A stretch of DNA of 64,000 nt from an uncultured Chromatiaceae bacterium (lineage in GTDB: Bacteria; Pseudomonadota; Gammaproteobacteria; DRLM01), in NCBI GenBank assembly GCA_945787555.1, contig CALZJG010000155.1, forward strand, positions 24,015-88,014, written 5' to 3'. Each line of letters opens with the position of its first letter. Position 1 is the first letter of the stretch. Position numbers and translations under genes: made by a program. The notes under the pieces are model-generated. The model did no database searches. It saw nothing but the letters and a program-made list of their open reading frames with translations, and was not told the DNA's origin. Shown piece after piece: positions 35,562 through 45,131 of this stretch.

Positions 35562-35629
35562 GTGAGGAGCGAGGAGTCAAGAAGGCCAATCTTCTGCTGA
35601 CTCCTCGCTCCACACCCAGCACCCCTCAC
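35562..35629. repeat. Heptamer-based palindromic element / bidirectional terminator
   Basis: GGAGCGAGGAGTCA...TGACTCCTCGCTCC (perfect 14-bp arms, 35566-35611) flanked by GTGAGG/CCTCAC, between convergent genes. Confidence 0.7.
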
Positions 35630-35632
35630 CGG

Positions 35633-35836
35633 CTAGTAATGCGGCGGCGGCGTCTCTTCCGACTGCGGCGCCACCGGGGAAGCTTCCACGGCGAGCAGTC
35701 GGGTCTTCACTAGATTCAGTTCGCGTTGCAAGCGCTCGATGAGCTGTTGTTGTTGAATCAGCGCCTGATTCAGTTCTTCCAGGGACGCCTCTTGATGGGT
35801 GAGGCGAATTTCGACTTCGGTGAGACGGGTTTCCAT
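35633..35836 (-). CDS. slyX: SlyX family protein
   Basis: ETRLTEVEIRLTHQE.SLEELN....QQ...ETPPPHY. Confidence 0.92.
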   Translation of the reverse strand: METRLTEVEIRLTHQEASLEELNQALIQQQQLIERLQRELNLVKTRLLAVEASPVAPQSEETPPPHY

Positions 35837-35856
35837 CGTGATGTGTCCTATTGCGA

Positions 35857-36669
35857 TCAAGCTGTGCAAAGATAAATGTCGTAGCGGGTATTGGGGCTGC
35901 TGATTTGGGTGCTGGGCGGCGGCCCCGCCAACGGGGGCGCGCTCCGCGGCCGTTTGACTGCCACCCGACGGGTGGCGCAGCGCAGCGCGACGGCCAGCAG
36001 TTCGGGCGCATCGGAGTCGTCGCCGGCGAGGGCGCGCAAGTATCGCATCTCTTTCTTGACCAGCGCCGACTTGTCGCGGTGCGGGTACATGGGATCGAGG
36101 TAGATCACCTCGGGGCGTTGGTCGGGCGGTAGGTGCAGTAAAGATTCGCGCGCGTCGCTCACCACCAGATGCAGGCGCGCAACGATAGCGGCGGTGTCCG
36201 GGGATTGCGCGGCACGGGCCAGGCCATCCGCCACCAAGGCGGCGGTGATGGGTGAGCGCTCCAGCAGGGTGACCTCGCAGCCCAGACCGGCCAGTACGTA
36301 GGCGTCGCGGCCCAGCCCGGCGGTGGCGTCGATGAGGCGCGGATAAGGCGGCTTTCTCAGCCCCACGGCGCGCGCCAGGGGTTGCTTCCGGCCGCCGCCG
36401 TGCAGGCGTCGAAAACTCAGCGTGCCGCCGACGTAGTCTACGTACAGAGGACCCGGTGCGTCGGATCCGCTGGCGCGCAGGGCGAGGTAGGGCGCAGCCG
36501 CGTCGCCGAGGAATTCCAGCAGTAAGTCGGCGGAAGCGGCCTGTGGTAAGTGCAAGTGTGTCGCCAGTTGCGCGGCGCGTGCCGCGAGCGCAGGGTCGTT
36601 GGGTCGGGCCACGGCCACTCGGAACGCGAGGCCGTCGGTGGTTGATGGGTTGTGGTGAGTATCAGTCAT
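35857..36669 (-). CDS. rsmJ: 16S rRNA m2G1516 methyltransferase
   Basis: GGGRKQPLARAVG, DATAGLGRDA, YLDPMYP, SALVKKEM, RVAVKRP, RYDIY. Confidence 0.92.
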   Translation of the reverse strand: MTDTHHNPSTTDGLAFRVAVARPNDPALAARAAQLATHLHLPQAASADLLLEFLGDAAAPYLALRASGSDAPGPLYVDYVGGTLSFRRLHGGGRKQPLARAVGLRKPPYPRLIDATAGLGRDAYVLAGLGCEVTLLERSPITAALVADGLARAAQSPDTAAIVARLHLVVSDARESLLHLPPDQRPEVIYLDPMYPHRDKSALVKKEMRYLRALAGDDSDAPELLAVALRCATRRVAVKRPRSAPPLAGPPPSTQISSPNTRYDIYLCTA

Positions 36670-36679
36670 AGGGTGGAGC

Positions 36680-37474
36680 ATGTTGCCAGATATCACGCGA
36701 TTGAGAAAACGAGTGGCGCAGGCCGCCGAGGAGGAATTGTTGTCGCGCTACACCGCCAGCGAGCGGGCCGAGAAGAGCGACGGCAGTGTTGTCACCGAGG
36801 CCGATCTGGCCATGCAAGAGCGCTTGCGCGATATGCTGGCGCGCGAGTGGCCGCAGTATGCGCTGCTGGGCGAGGAAATGACGCCGGAAGAGCAGCGCCG
36901 CCTACTGGCCGGCGGCGCGGCAGGCGTGTGGTGTCTCGACCCCCTCGATGGCACCAGTAACTACGCCGCCGGGGTGCCGTTCTTTTCTGTGTCACTGGCT
37001 TTGCTGGTCAACGGTGAGCCGCACTTGGGCCTGGTCTATGATCCGCTGCGACGCGAATGTTTCTGGGCCCAGCGCGGCCAGGGCGCCTGGCTGGACGAGC
37101 AGCGACTGCGCCCGCGCGCGGCGGGAGTGAACTTGCGCCAAAGCATCGGCCTGATCGACTACAAGCGCCTGGATGCCGCGCTGGCGCGTCGTTTGGCGGA
37201 AACGCCGCCCTACGCTTCGCAGCGCAGTTTCGGTTCAGTGGCCTTGGACTGGTGCTGGATCGCCGCCGGGCGCGGTCATGTGTATCTGCACGGCAAACAG
37301 AAGATATGGGACTACGCCGCCGGCTGGCTGATCCTCGCCGAGGCGGGGGGGCGCTCCATGACCTTGGACGGTGAACAGGTATTCCATGCCGACATCGCGC
37401 CGCGCTCGGCGGTGGCGGCGCTGGACGCTGACCTTTACGCCGAGTGGACGGCGTGGCTGGGGATCGCTGGCTAA
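36680..37474 (+). CDS. Inositol monophosphatase family protein
   Basis: K.DGSVVTEAD, LGEE, DPLDGTSNY, R.FGS.ALD, WDYAAG. Confidence 0.9.
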   Translation: MLPDITRLRKRVAQAAEEELLSRYTASERAEKSDGSVVTEADLAMQERLRDMLAREWPQYALLGEEMTPEEQRRLLAGGAAGVWCLDPLDGTSNYAAGVPFFSVSLALLVNGEPHLGLVYDPLRRECFWAQRGQGAWLDEQRLRPRAAGVNLRQSIGLIDYKRLDAALARRLAETPPYASQRSFGSVALDWCWIAAGRGHVYLHGKQKIWDYAAGWLILAEAGGRSMTLDGEQVFHADIAPRSAVAALDADLYAEWTAWLGIAG

Positions 37475-37923
37475 GGCTGGCAATGGACCGCGTTGAGCGG
37501 TACTTCATAGCCATGGAGACTCCAGCCATCACCATCCCTGATCGAGCGTTGGGGTTGAGCCGCGGCTGCGGAGAAGCAGCGCTCTATCAGCCAGTCCTGG
37601 ACTTGCCGTTCCATCTCATCGGCCTTGAGACGTTGCCTCTCTACGTCTAAGAGTCGCTGCAACTCTATTTCCGCATAGCGCAGGCTGATATCGTCTCTGG
37701 GCAGGCTAACCAAGCCCTCGGCCAGGCCGCGCACGGCGGGCGGCAGATAGAGGTCGGCGGCGGGGCGGCCGTCATCAGGTGCAGTGGGGGACTCCGCTCC
37801 GATGCGCGGCAGAACGCCGGGTGAGCGCGGGTGCTCCGCGTCAGCCGCTGCGACTTCGCTGCCGGTCCCGGCGTTGGCGGCAATGAGTGTTACCAGGATG
37901 GCGGCGCTATGGTGAGAGAGCAT
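37471..37923 (-). CDS. Hypothetical secreted protein
   Basis: Signal-like N-terminus, Pro-rich linker, coiled-coil segment; no family recognised. Confidence 0.45.
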   Translation of the reverse strand: MLSHHSAAILVTLIAANAGTGSEVAAADAEHPRSPGVLPRIGAESPTAPDDGRPAADLYLPPAVRGLAEGLVSLPRDDISLRYAEIELQRLLDVERQRLKADEMERQVQDWLIERCFSAAAAQPQRSIRDGDGWSLHGYEVPLNAVHCQP

Positions 37924-38159
37924 GCGCTGTTCTCATGCGAGCATGGTTTTCAGTGTAACACCCCCTGAGGATCGCGCGCCGGGGGGCAGGCACGCGCGCG
38001 GCGGTGTCACGCATTCACTACAATTAGTTTGTTGGATTGATTCCGCTGGGGAATCTCTGGCAGAAGCAGCCCGCGGCGTAGTCTCAACACCCTTTTTCGG
38101 CTGAGAGTTTGGTCGCTGAGCCTGTGGCGACCGGCCATGGCTTCATTCAAAGGCGCGCG

Positions 38160-38751
38160 TGCGGTGTGGATCCTCCCTGGTGACGCGCGTCTGTAGTTAG
38201 AACCGCGAAGTGGCGATGCTCTATTACCTGTCGTGGTCGAGTTACTACTATTGGGGTTCCCACGATACACGATATCAAGGATCAGAATTCCTCCACCAAT
38301 GTCACCAGGAGCGTGTATCATGCTCAAGAATTTCGTAAGTCTGGCCAAAGTTTTCACCGTTAACAACACGCCGTATTTCGTCAACCATCGCGAGCAACTT
38401 CCCTCGCCCGCCGAGAGCTTCGTGCGCAACTGCGGACCGCGCTTGCATCACATCGCCGTGGCCGTGCGCGACGGTGTAACCGACGCCATCGAGAACATCG
38501 AATATGTGGTGCGTGCGATCCGCGAACAAGGCAAAGACTTTCTGCTCGACGTCATCGGTTCCAAAGAGCAGGGCTTGAAACAAATCTTCCCCAGCGTCTC
38601 GCAACACTCGTCACTCATCATCGAGTACGAGCAACGTTTCGGCGACTTCGACGGTTTTTTCGTCAAGGACAATGTGGCGGGATTGACACGGGCGGCTGGC
38701 GTGGAAGAAGAATTGCTGGAATTGGAAGTGCGGGCGGCGCCGCGTATTTAG
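38160..38751 (+). pseudogene. Degraded VOC/glyoxalase-fold (HPPD-like) gene
   Basis: Protein-like sequence runs across three frames, with an in-frame TAG at 38198, a 7-bp duplication CACGATA x2 (38261-38274) and a second shift at ~38343; the 3' part has the VOC-type motifs RLHHIAVAV, GLKQIF and IIEYEQR. Confidence 0.65.
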
Positions 38752-38839
38752 GGCGCTCGTTTTTCATCCTGCTTCAATGCAGGGCATCGCTCTGCCACCG
38801 GTGAACCCGTGTAACGTTTCAAGTCTGTCGCGTGCGGCA

Positions 38840-39088
38840 GTCGAGGTGGAACTCAGTTTGCGCCATCTGCCGCGCAATGAGGCGCCCGTGCTTCGTATCC
38901 AGGACGTGCGTGAGCGTCTCGATAGGGCGAGTATCGACACCATGAATCTTGCAGGCAGGCATGCCTTCATCGATGAATTGCAACTCGTCCTCAATCATGT
39001 GCACAATGAGATTTCCTGCATCTGGTTTCAAGTACAGCATCCTACACCGCGCCGTTATGGTGAGGCGCTGGCAACAATGAACACGTAA
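38840..39088 (+). pseudogene. C-terminal remnant of an alpha-E domain protein
   Basis: VEVELSLRHLPRNE...HAFIDELQLVLNHVHNEISCIWF resembles the alpha-E C-terminus; the N-terminal part is absent. Confidence 0.55.
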
Positions 39089-39114
39089 GCGACCATTTAT
39101 TAGGGATAGCGGAC

Positions 39115-42100
39115 ATGACAATCAGGGTCGCACTCAATCACGTCACCTCGTATCGTTACGATCGGCGGGTAAAGCTCTCGCCGCATGTCATCCGTTTGCG
39201 GCCCGCCGTTCACACCCGCACGCCCATCGAGGCCTACTCCCTGCGTATCCGGCCCGAAAAGCATTTCATCAACTGGCAGCAAGACCCTTTCGGTAATTAC
39301 TTGGCGCGCGTGGTATTTCCGGAACCCAGCGACGAGCTGTATCTGGAAGTGGACGTAGTAGCCGACATGACGGTCATCAATCCCTTCGATTTTTTCGTCG
39401 AGGAATACGCCGAACACTATCCTTTTGAGTACGAGGTGCAGTTGTGTAAGGAGTTGACGCCGTATTTTGAAATCGTCGAGGACGGCCCGCGCCTGCGGCG
39501 TTGGCTGGCGAGCGTCAGTCGTGAGAAAAGTAAGATCAATGATTTTCTCGTGGACTTGAATCAAGCGCTGCAACGCGACATCGCTTACGACATTCGTCTC
39601 GAGCCCGGCGTCCAAACTTGCGAGCAAACCCTCGAGCGAGCCATCGGTTCCTGTCGCGACAGCGCTTGGTTGCTGGTGCAGATCCTGCGCCATCTCGGTA
39701 TTGCGGCGCGCTTCGTGTCCGGATATCTGGTGCAGCTCACCGCGGACGTGAAAAGCCTGGATGGGCCCCCGGGCCCGGCGGCGGACTTCACCGACTTGCA
39801 CGCCTGGGCCGAGGCCTACGTGCCCGGTGCGGGTTGGTTGGGGCTGGACCCCACCTCGGGCCTGTTCGCTGGCGAAGGCCATATTCCACTGGCTTGCACC
39901 CCCGATCCGGTGAGCGCCGCGCCGCTAACCGGCAATACCGACGAATGCGAAGTCACGTTTCATCATAGCAACTCAGTGACGCGTATCCATGAAGATCCGC
40001 GCGTCACCAAGCCGTATCGCGACGATCAATGGGCCTCGATCCTCGCGCTGGGTCGCAAAGTCGACGAAGACCTGGTGGCGCAGGACGTGCGCCTGACCAT
40101 GGGCGGAGAGCCGACCTTTGTCTCGATCGACGATATGGAGGCGGAGGAGTGGAACACCGCTGCGTTCGGCCCGCACAAGCGCGGCTTGGCGGCGGATTTG
40201 CTGGTGCGCTTGGCACAACGTTTCGGCCCCGGCGCGGCGTTGCACTGCGGCCAGGGCAAGTGGTATCCGGGCGAGCCTTTGCCGCGCTGGGCGCTGGGCT
40301 GTTTTTGGCGCACGGACGGTGTACCGGTGTGGCGCAACTCCGACTTGTTGGTGGTTAAGGATAGCGACCTCGGTCACGGTCACGAGGACGCGCAACGTTT
40401 CCTCACGCTGCTCAGCCGACGATTAGGCACCGACCCCCGCCACGCGCTGCCTGGTTACGAGGACACCTTGTATCAGTTGTGGTGCGAGAGCGGCGTGTCC
40501 ATCAATCTCGATCCGCTCCAGGCCGATCTTGGCGATTCCATGGAGCGACGGACACTGGCGGCGGCGCTGTCGCGCGGCCTGGCCGCGCCGGTCGGCTATG
40601 TATTGCCATTGCGCTGGGACTATCGTGGGGCAGGCTGGCAAAGTTCGCCGTGGACTTTCCGTCGCGAACATCTGTTTCTGCTGCCCGGTGATTCACCTAT
40701 GGGTTTGCGCTTGCCGTTGGACTCCCTGCCGTGGGTGGCGCAAGAGGAGCGCGAGGTGAGGCAGGAACGCAGCCTGTTCGAGCCACTGCCGCCCTTGGGG
40801 GACTACTTCGGTGAAGTGGCGCGGCGCTATAGTGTGTGGCAGCCGGCGGACAGCGTGCATGACGAAATCCATGAACAGGACCAAGCCGACAACCGGCGTG
40901 AGCCTGTGGCGGTGACGCACACCGCTTTGTGTATTGAGGCACGCGGCGGCTGTTTGCACGTCTTTCTGCCGCCGTTGGAATATATCGAGCATTATCTCGA
41001 CCTGATCGCCTCGATCGAGGCGACGGCCTTGCAGCTGAACTTGCCGGTGGTGCTGGAAGGTTACGATCCGCCGCGCGACTCGCGCGTGCAGCGACTGCTG
41101 GTCACGCCCGATCCCGGCGTAATCGAGGTCAATATTCATCCCGCTCATTCGTGGGACGAGCTGGTCGCCAACACCACGATTTTGTATGAAGAAGCCCATC
41201 TCGCCCGTCTAGGCACGGAGAAATTCATGCTCGACGGCCGCCACACCGGTACCGGCGGCGGCAATCACGTCACCTTCGGCGCGTCGACGCCAGTCGACAG
41301 CCCGGTGTTGCGTCGGCCTGATCTGCTGCGCAGTCTGGTGACCTATTGGCAACACCATCCGGGCCTGTCCTATTTATTTTCCGGCATGTTCATCGGCCCC
41401 ACCAGCCAGGCGCCGCGCGTCGACGAGGCACGCGACGAACTGCTGTACGAATTGGAGATCGCCTTTCAGCAAATGCCGCAAGGCGAAGTGCCGCAACCCT
41501 GGTTGGTGGATAGGTTGCTGCGCCACTTGCTGGTGGACTTGACCGGTAACACCCATCGCGCCGAGTTTTGTATCGACAAGCTGTATTCGCCCGACAGCGC
41601 GCAAGGGCGGCTGGGGCTGGTGGAGTTCCGTAATTTCGAGATGCCGCCGCACTGCCGCATGAGCGTGGTGCAGATGTTATTGCTGCGTGCTTTGATCGCA
41701 TGCTTTTGGCACACGCCGTATGCCCAGCGACTGGTGCGCTGGGGCACGGAACTGCACGATCGTTTCATGCTGCCGCATTTCGTGTGGGCCGACTTGCGCG
41801 AAGTGGTGCGGGAACTCAATGACGATGGCTATGCTTTCCAACTCGAGTGGTTCGCGCCCTTCCTCGAATTCCGTTTCCCTCACTACGGCACGGTGACGAT
41901 ACAAGATATCCAATTGGAACTGCGCATGGCGCTGGAGCCCTGGCATGTGCTGGGCGAGGAAGTCTCCAACGTCGGCACCGCACGTTACGTCGACTCATCG
42001 GTAGAACGCCTGCAAGTGAAGTTGAGCGGCCTCACCGACGGCCGCCACATCGTGGTGTGCAACGGCCGCCGCGTGCCCTTGCACCCCACCGGCACCCACG

Positions 42101-42486
42101 GTGAGTACGTGGCCGGGGTGCGTTACCGGGCTTGGCATCCGCCCTCCGCCTTGCACCCCACCATCGGCGTTCATTCCCCACTGGTGTTCGATATCATCGA
42201 CGCTTGGAACGGTCGTTCGATCGGCGGCTGCACTTATCACGTCGGTCATCCTGGAGGACGCCATTACGAGGACTTCCCGGTCAACGCCTATGAAGCCGAG
42301 TCGCGGCGTATCAGCCGCTTTTGGGGCTATGGCCACAGCCCTGGCGTGTTGCAGCCACCCCCCGCATTTGCGCGCTTGGGCCGGTTTTATCCCGAGGGTC
42401 ATCCGCCGGCCCCCATGGCCCCGCCGGTCGAGGAGCACAATCGCGAGTACCCTCATACGCTGGATTTGCGGCGGGCACCGGATTAG
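39115..42486 (+). CDS. Transglutaminase-like domain fused to DUF2126 putative COOH-NH2 amidoligase
   Basis: GSCRDSAW, ARFVSGY, DLHAWAE, LDPT; LTMGGEPTFVS, VTPDPGVIEVN, TGGGNHVTFG, EFCIDKLY, GLVEFRNFEMPPH. Confidence 0.92.
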   Translation: MTIRVALNHVTSYRYDRRVKLSPHVIRLRPAVHTRTPIEAYSLRIRPEKHFINWQQDPFGNYLARVVFPEPSDELYLEVDVVADMTVINPFDFFVEEYAEHYPFEYEVQLCKELTPYFEIVEDGPRLRRWLASVSREKSKINDFLVDLNQALQRDIAYDIRLEPGVQTCEQTLERAIGSCRDSAWLLVQILRHLGIAARFVSGYLVQLTADVKSLDGPPGPAADFTDLHAWAEAYVPGAGWLGLDPTSGLFAGEGHIPLACTPDPVSAAPLTGNTDECEVTFHHSNSVTRIHEDPRVTKPYRDDQWASILALGRKVDEDLVAQDVRLTMGGEPTFVSIDDMEAEEWNTAAFGPHKRGLAADLLVRLAQRFGPGAALHCGQGKWYPGEPLPRWALGCFWRTDGVPVWRNSDLLVVKDSDLGHGHEDAQRFLTLLSRRLGTDPRHALPGYEDTLYQLWCESGVSINLDPLQADLGDSMERRTLAAALSRGLAAPVGYVLPLRWDYRGAGWQSSPWTFRREHLFLLPGDSPMGLRLPLDSLPWVAQEEREVRQERSLFEPLPPLGDYFGEVARRYSVWQPADSVHDEIHEQDQADNRREPVAVTHTALCIEARGGCLHVFLPPLEYIEHYLDLIASIEATALQLNLPVVLEGYDPPRDSRVQRLLVTPDPGVIEVNIHPAHSWDELVANTTILYEEAHLARLGTEKFMLDGRHTGTGGGNHVTFGASTPVDSPVLRRPDLLRSLVTYWQHHPGLSYLFSGMFIGPTSQAPRVDEARDELLYELEIAFQQMPQGEVPQPWLVDRLLRHLLVDLTGNTHRAEFCIDKLYSPDSAQGRLGLVEFRNFEMPPHCRMSVVQMLLLRALIACFWHTPYAQRLVRWGTELHDRFMLPHFVWADLREVVRELNDDGYAFQLEWFAPFLEFRFPHYGTVTIQDIQLELRMALEPWHVLGEEVSNVGTARYVDSSVERLQVKLSGLTDGRHIVVCNGRRVPLHPTGTHGEYVAGVRYRAWHPPSALHPTIGVHSPLVFDIIDAWNGRSIGGCTYHVGHPGGRHYEDFPVNAYEAESRRISRFWGYGHSPGVLQPPPAFARLGRFYPEGHPPAPMAPPVEEHNREYPHTLDLRRAPD

Positions 42487-42578
42487 GGGCTGTTAACGCG
42501 CCCTAGCAGCTCCCTAAGGCTCGCACCCGCCCGGCCGACACGCTATGCTGAGCTATCCACTGCGAACCCCGAACGGTG

Positions 42579-45131
42579 ATGGCAACGCAACTGCAAGAGT
42601 CCTTGATCGCCCAGTATCGGCCGCGCGCGGAGACCTACGATGAAATGTGCGCGTCGAACGGTGAAGTGCGTCCGCACTGGCAGCATCTCGCTCGCGCACT
42701 GGCCGATCTGGGGCAAGAAGAACTAGACCGACGGCGCGCCGGGGCACGGCGTGCCCTGCGCGAGAACGGTGTCACTTACAATGTTTACAACGATCCGGCG
42801 GGTGGCCAGCGCCCGTGGATCCTGGATCCCATTCCGCTGTTGATCTCCAGTGAGGAATGGCGGGGTATCGAGGCCGGTCTCACGCAACGCGCCGAAGTGC
42901 TCAACTTGCTCCTGCGCGATCTCTACGGCCCGCGCGAGGTGATCCGCCGTGGCCTGCTGCCTACCGAGCTGCTCTACAGCCATCCCGGTTTCTTGCGGCC
43001 TTGTCATCCGCTGGCCAGTCCCAAGCCCCATGCAATGATCCTCTACGCGGCCGATCTGGCGCGCGACCCCGACGGGCAGATGCGGGTGTTCAGCGATCGT
43101 ACTCAGGCGCCGTCCGGCGCGGGTTACGCGCTGGAGAATCGCACGGTGATGTCGCAAACCTTCCCCAGCCTCTATCGTGACTCGCACGTCCACCGGCTCG
43201 CCGTGTTTTTTCAGAACCTGCGTGCCAGTCTGGCGGCCCATGCGCCGGCCGGTGTCGAGGATCCCCGGGTGGTCATCCTCACCCCCGGGCCACTCAACGA
43301 AACCTATTTTGAGCATGCCTTTCTCGCCAACTATTTGGGTTATAGCCTGGCGCGCGGTGATGATATGACGGTGCGCGACGGGCGGGTGTGGCTGCGCTCG
43401 CTGAATCGCCTGGAACCGGTTGATGTGCTACTGCGCCGCGTCGACGATCACTATTGCGATCCGCTTGAACTGCGTCCCGATTCGCGCTTAGGCATACCGG
43501 GACTGGTAGAAGTGGTGCGGCAAGGCCGCGTGACGGTCGCCAATCCACTCGGCGCCAGCGTGCTGGAGAATCCCGCGCTGCATGCATTCTTGCCGGGGAT
43601 CGCGCAGCACTTCCTCGGCCAGTCGCTGAAACTGCCTTCGGTCGCCACCTGGTGGTGCGGACAGGTGCGCGAGCGCCGTCACGTTATCGCCAATCTCGAT
43701 CGCATGGTGGTACGCATGACGCATCGCCGCACTGGGAATCGGCCGGTGTATGGCGCGTTACTCAGCCGCGAGGAGCGGCGCGCGCTCACCCGTCGCATCC
43801 GGACCCAACCCCATTTGTACGTCGGCCAGGAACAAATCAGTTTCTCCAGCGCACCGGCCCTGTTGGACGGTCAGTTGGGCGCACGCCATGCCGTGCTGCG
43901 TTCCTACCTCGTCGCACGTGATGATGGCTATGTCGTTATGCCCGGTGGATTGACACGAGTCGCCTCTACCGATGACAGCTTTATCGTCTCCAATCAGGCC
44001 GGTGGCATCGCGAAGGATACTTGGGTGATCGCCTCGGAACCGGAAAAACAAGCCAGCCTATTGCGCGAGGTCGCTCCCGTCGCGACCGTGCCGGCGCTGC
44101 ACTTGTCGCTGCCGCCGGGGGCGTCCGATAGTCTGTTCTGGTTTGCGCGTTATGCCGAACGCGCCGAACACAGCCTGCGCCTGATGCGTACGGTGCTGGC
44201 GGCTTATCGCAGTAGCATGGAATTCGCAGAGCCGCACGATCGAGAGATGCTGGAAGCGCTGCTACTCGCCCTTACTCACACGACCAACACCTATCCCGGC
44301 TTCGTCGGTGCGCAGTCCGCCGTCACCGCGCCGGTCGCCGAGCTCATGTCGATCATTTCCGCGCCAGGGCGTCGCGGCAGCATCGCGCACAATTTACGGG
44401 CCATGTTGCAGGCCGCCTACGGGGTGCGCGATCTGCTCTCCAACGATACCCTGCGCCTGCTCAATGACGTCGAGGAGCAACTCGCGCTGCTCGAACAGGC
44501 GGCGAGCGATAACCTCGACCAGACGCAGGACCGACTCAATCAGCTCGTCACCGCCTTGACGGCGCTCTCCGGCGTGGTGATGGAGAGCATGTTGCGCGGC
44601 GAGGCTTGGCTGTTCTTGGATATCGGTCGGCGCCTTGAACGCGGTTTGCTGTTGATCTCACAGTTGCGCTCCACTTTGGTCTTGCCACGCAACCTGCCGG
44701 TCGAAACCCCACTGCTGGCGGCACTGCTGCGTACCAGCGAAAGTCTCATGGCCTATCGTCGCGGTTACAACGCTCCGCCCGAGGTGGGTTCGGCTTTGGC
44801 GCTGCTGTTGCAGAACGACACCAATCCGCGCGCGCTGCTGTTTCAGCTTGTTTGCTTGGAGAAACATACCGCATCGCTGCCGCGCGACCCCGGCTCGACG
44901 CAGTTGAGTGTGGCGGCGCGTAGCGCGTTGGAAGCCGCCACCGCGCTACGCCTCAGCGACCTCACGCAGTTGGCGGCCGTCGATCCGAGCAGCGGTCTGC
45001 GCGGCACGCTCGATCAACTCCTGGTGCGGGTCGAGCACCTGTTGCTGAGTACTGCCGAGGCCCTCGGTCGCGATTACTTCACCGATACACGCGGCCCGCA
45101 GCAGCTGCTCGGCCCGGAGCCGCCGCCATGA
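42579..45131 (+). CDS. Circularly permuted type 2 ATP-grasp protein fused to alpha-E domain
   Basis: YDEM, LRENGVTYNVY, LDPIP, DRTQAPSGAGYALENR, VILTPGP.NETYFEH, RRVDD..CDPLEL, MPGGLTRV, KDTWV; LFWFARYAERAE, DIGRRLER. Confidence 0.93.
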   Translation: MATQLQESLIAQYRPRAETYDEMCASNGEVRPHWQHLARALADLGQEELDRRRAGARRALRENGVTYNVYNDPAGGQRPWILDPIPLLISSEEWRGIEAGLTQRAEVLNLLLRDLYGPREVIRRGLLPTELLYSHPGFLRPCHPLASPKPHAMILYAADLARDPDGQMRVFSDRTQAPSGAGYALENRTVMSQTFPSLYRDSHVHRLAVFFQNLRASLAAHAPAGVEDPRVVILTPGPLNETYFEHAFLANYLGYSLARGDDMTVRDGRVWLRSLNRLEPVDVLLRRVDDHYCDPLELRPDSRLGIPGLVEVVRQGRVTVANPLGASVLENPALHAFLPGIAQHFLGQSLKLPSVATWWCGQVRERRHVIANLDRMVVRMTHRRTGNRPVYGALLSREERRALTRRIRTQPHLYVGQEQISFSSAPALLDGQLGARHAVLRSYLVARDDGYVVMPGGLTRVASTDDSFIVSNQAGGIAKDTWVIASEPEKQASLLREVAPVATVPALHLSLPPGASDSLFWFARYAERAEHSLRLMRTVLAAYRSSMEFAEPHDREMLEALLLALTHTTNTYPGFVGAQSAVTAPVAELMSIISAPGRRGSIAHNLRAMLQAAYGVRDLLSNDTLRLLNDVEEQLALLEQAASDNLDQTQDRLNQLVTALTALSGVVMESMLRGEAWLFLDIGRRLERGLLLISQLRSTLVLPRNLPVETPLLAALLRTSESLMAYRRGYNAPPEVGSALALLLQNDTNPRALLFQLVCLEKHTASLPRDPGSTQLSVAARSALEAATALRLSDLTQLAAVDPSSGLRGTLDQLLVRVEHLLLSTAEALGRDYFTDTRGPQQLLGPEPPP

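Noticed and set aside
34583-35629. Long antisense ORFs (this 348-aa one; also 23319-24251, 39100-39882, 10316-11098, 2686-3393 and many others)
   Set aside because: Shadow ORFs opposite well-supported genes in GC-rich DNA, with no motifs or RBS.
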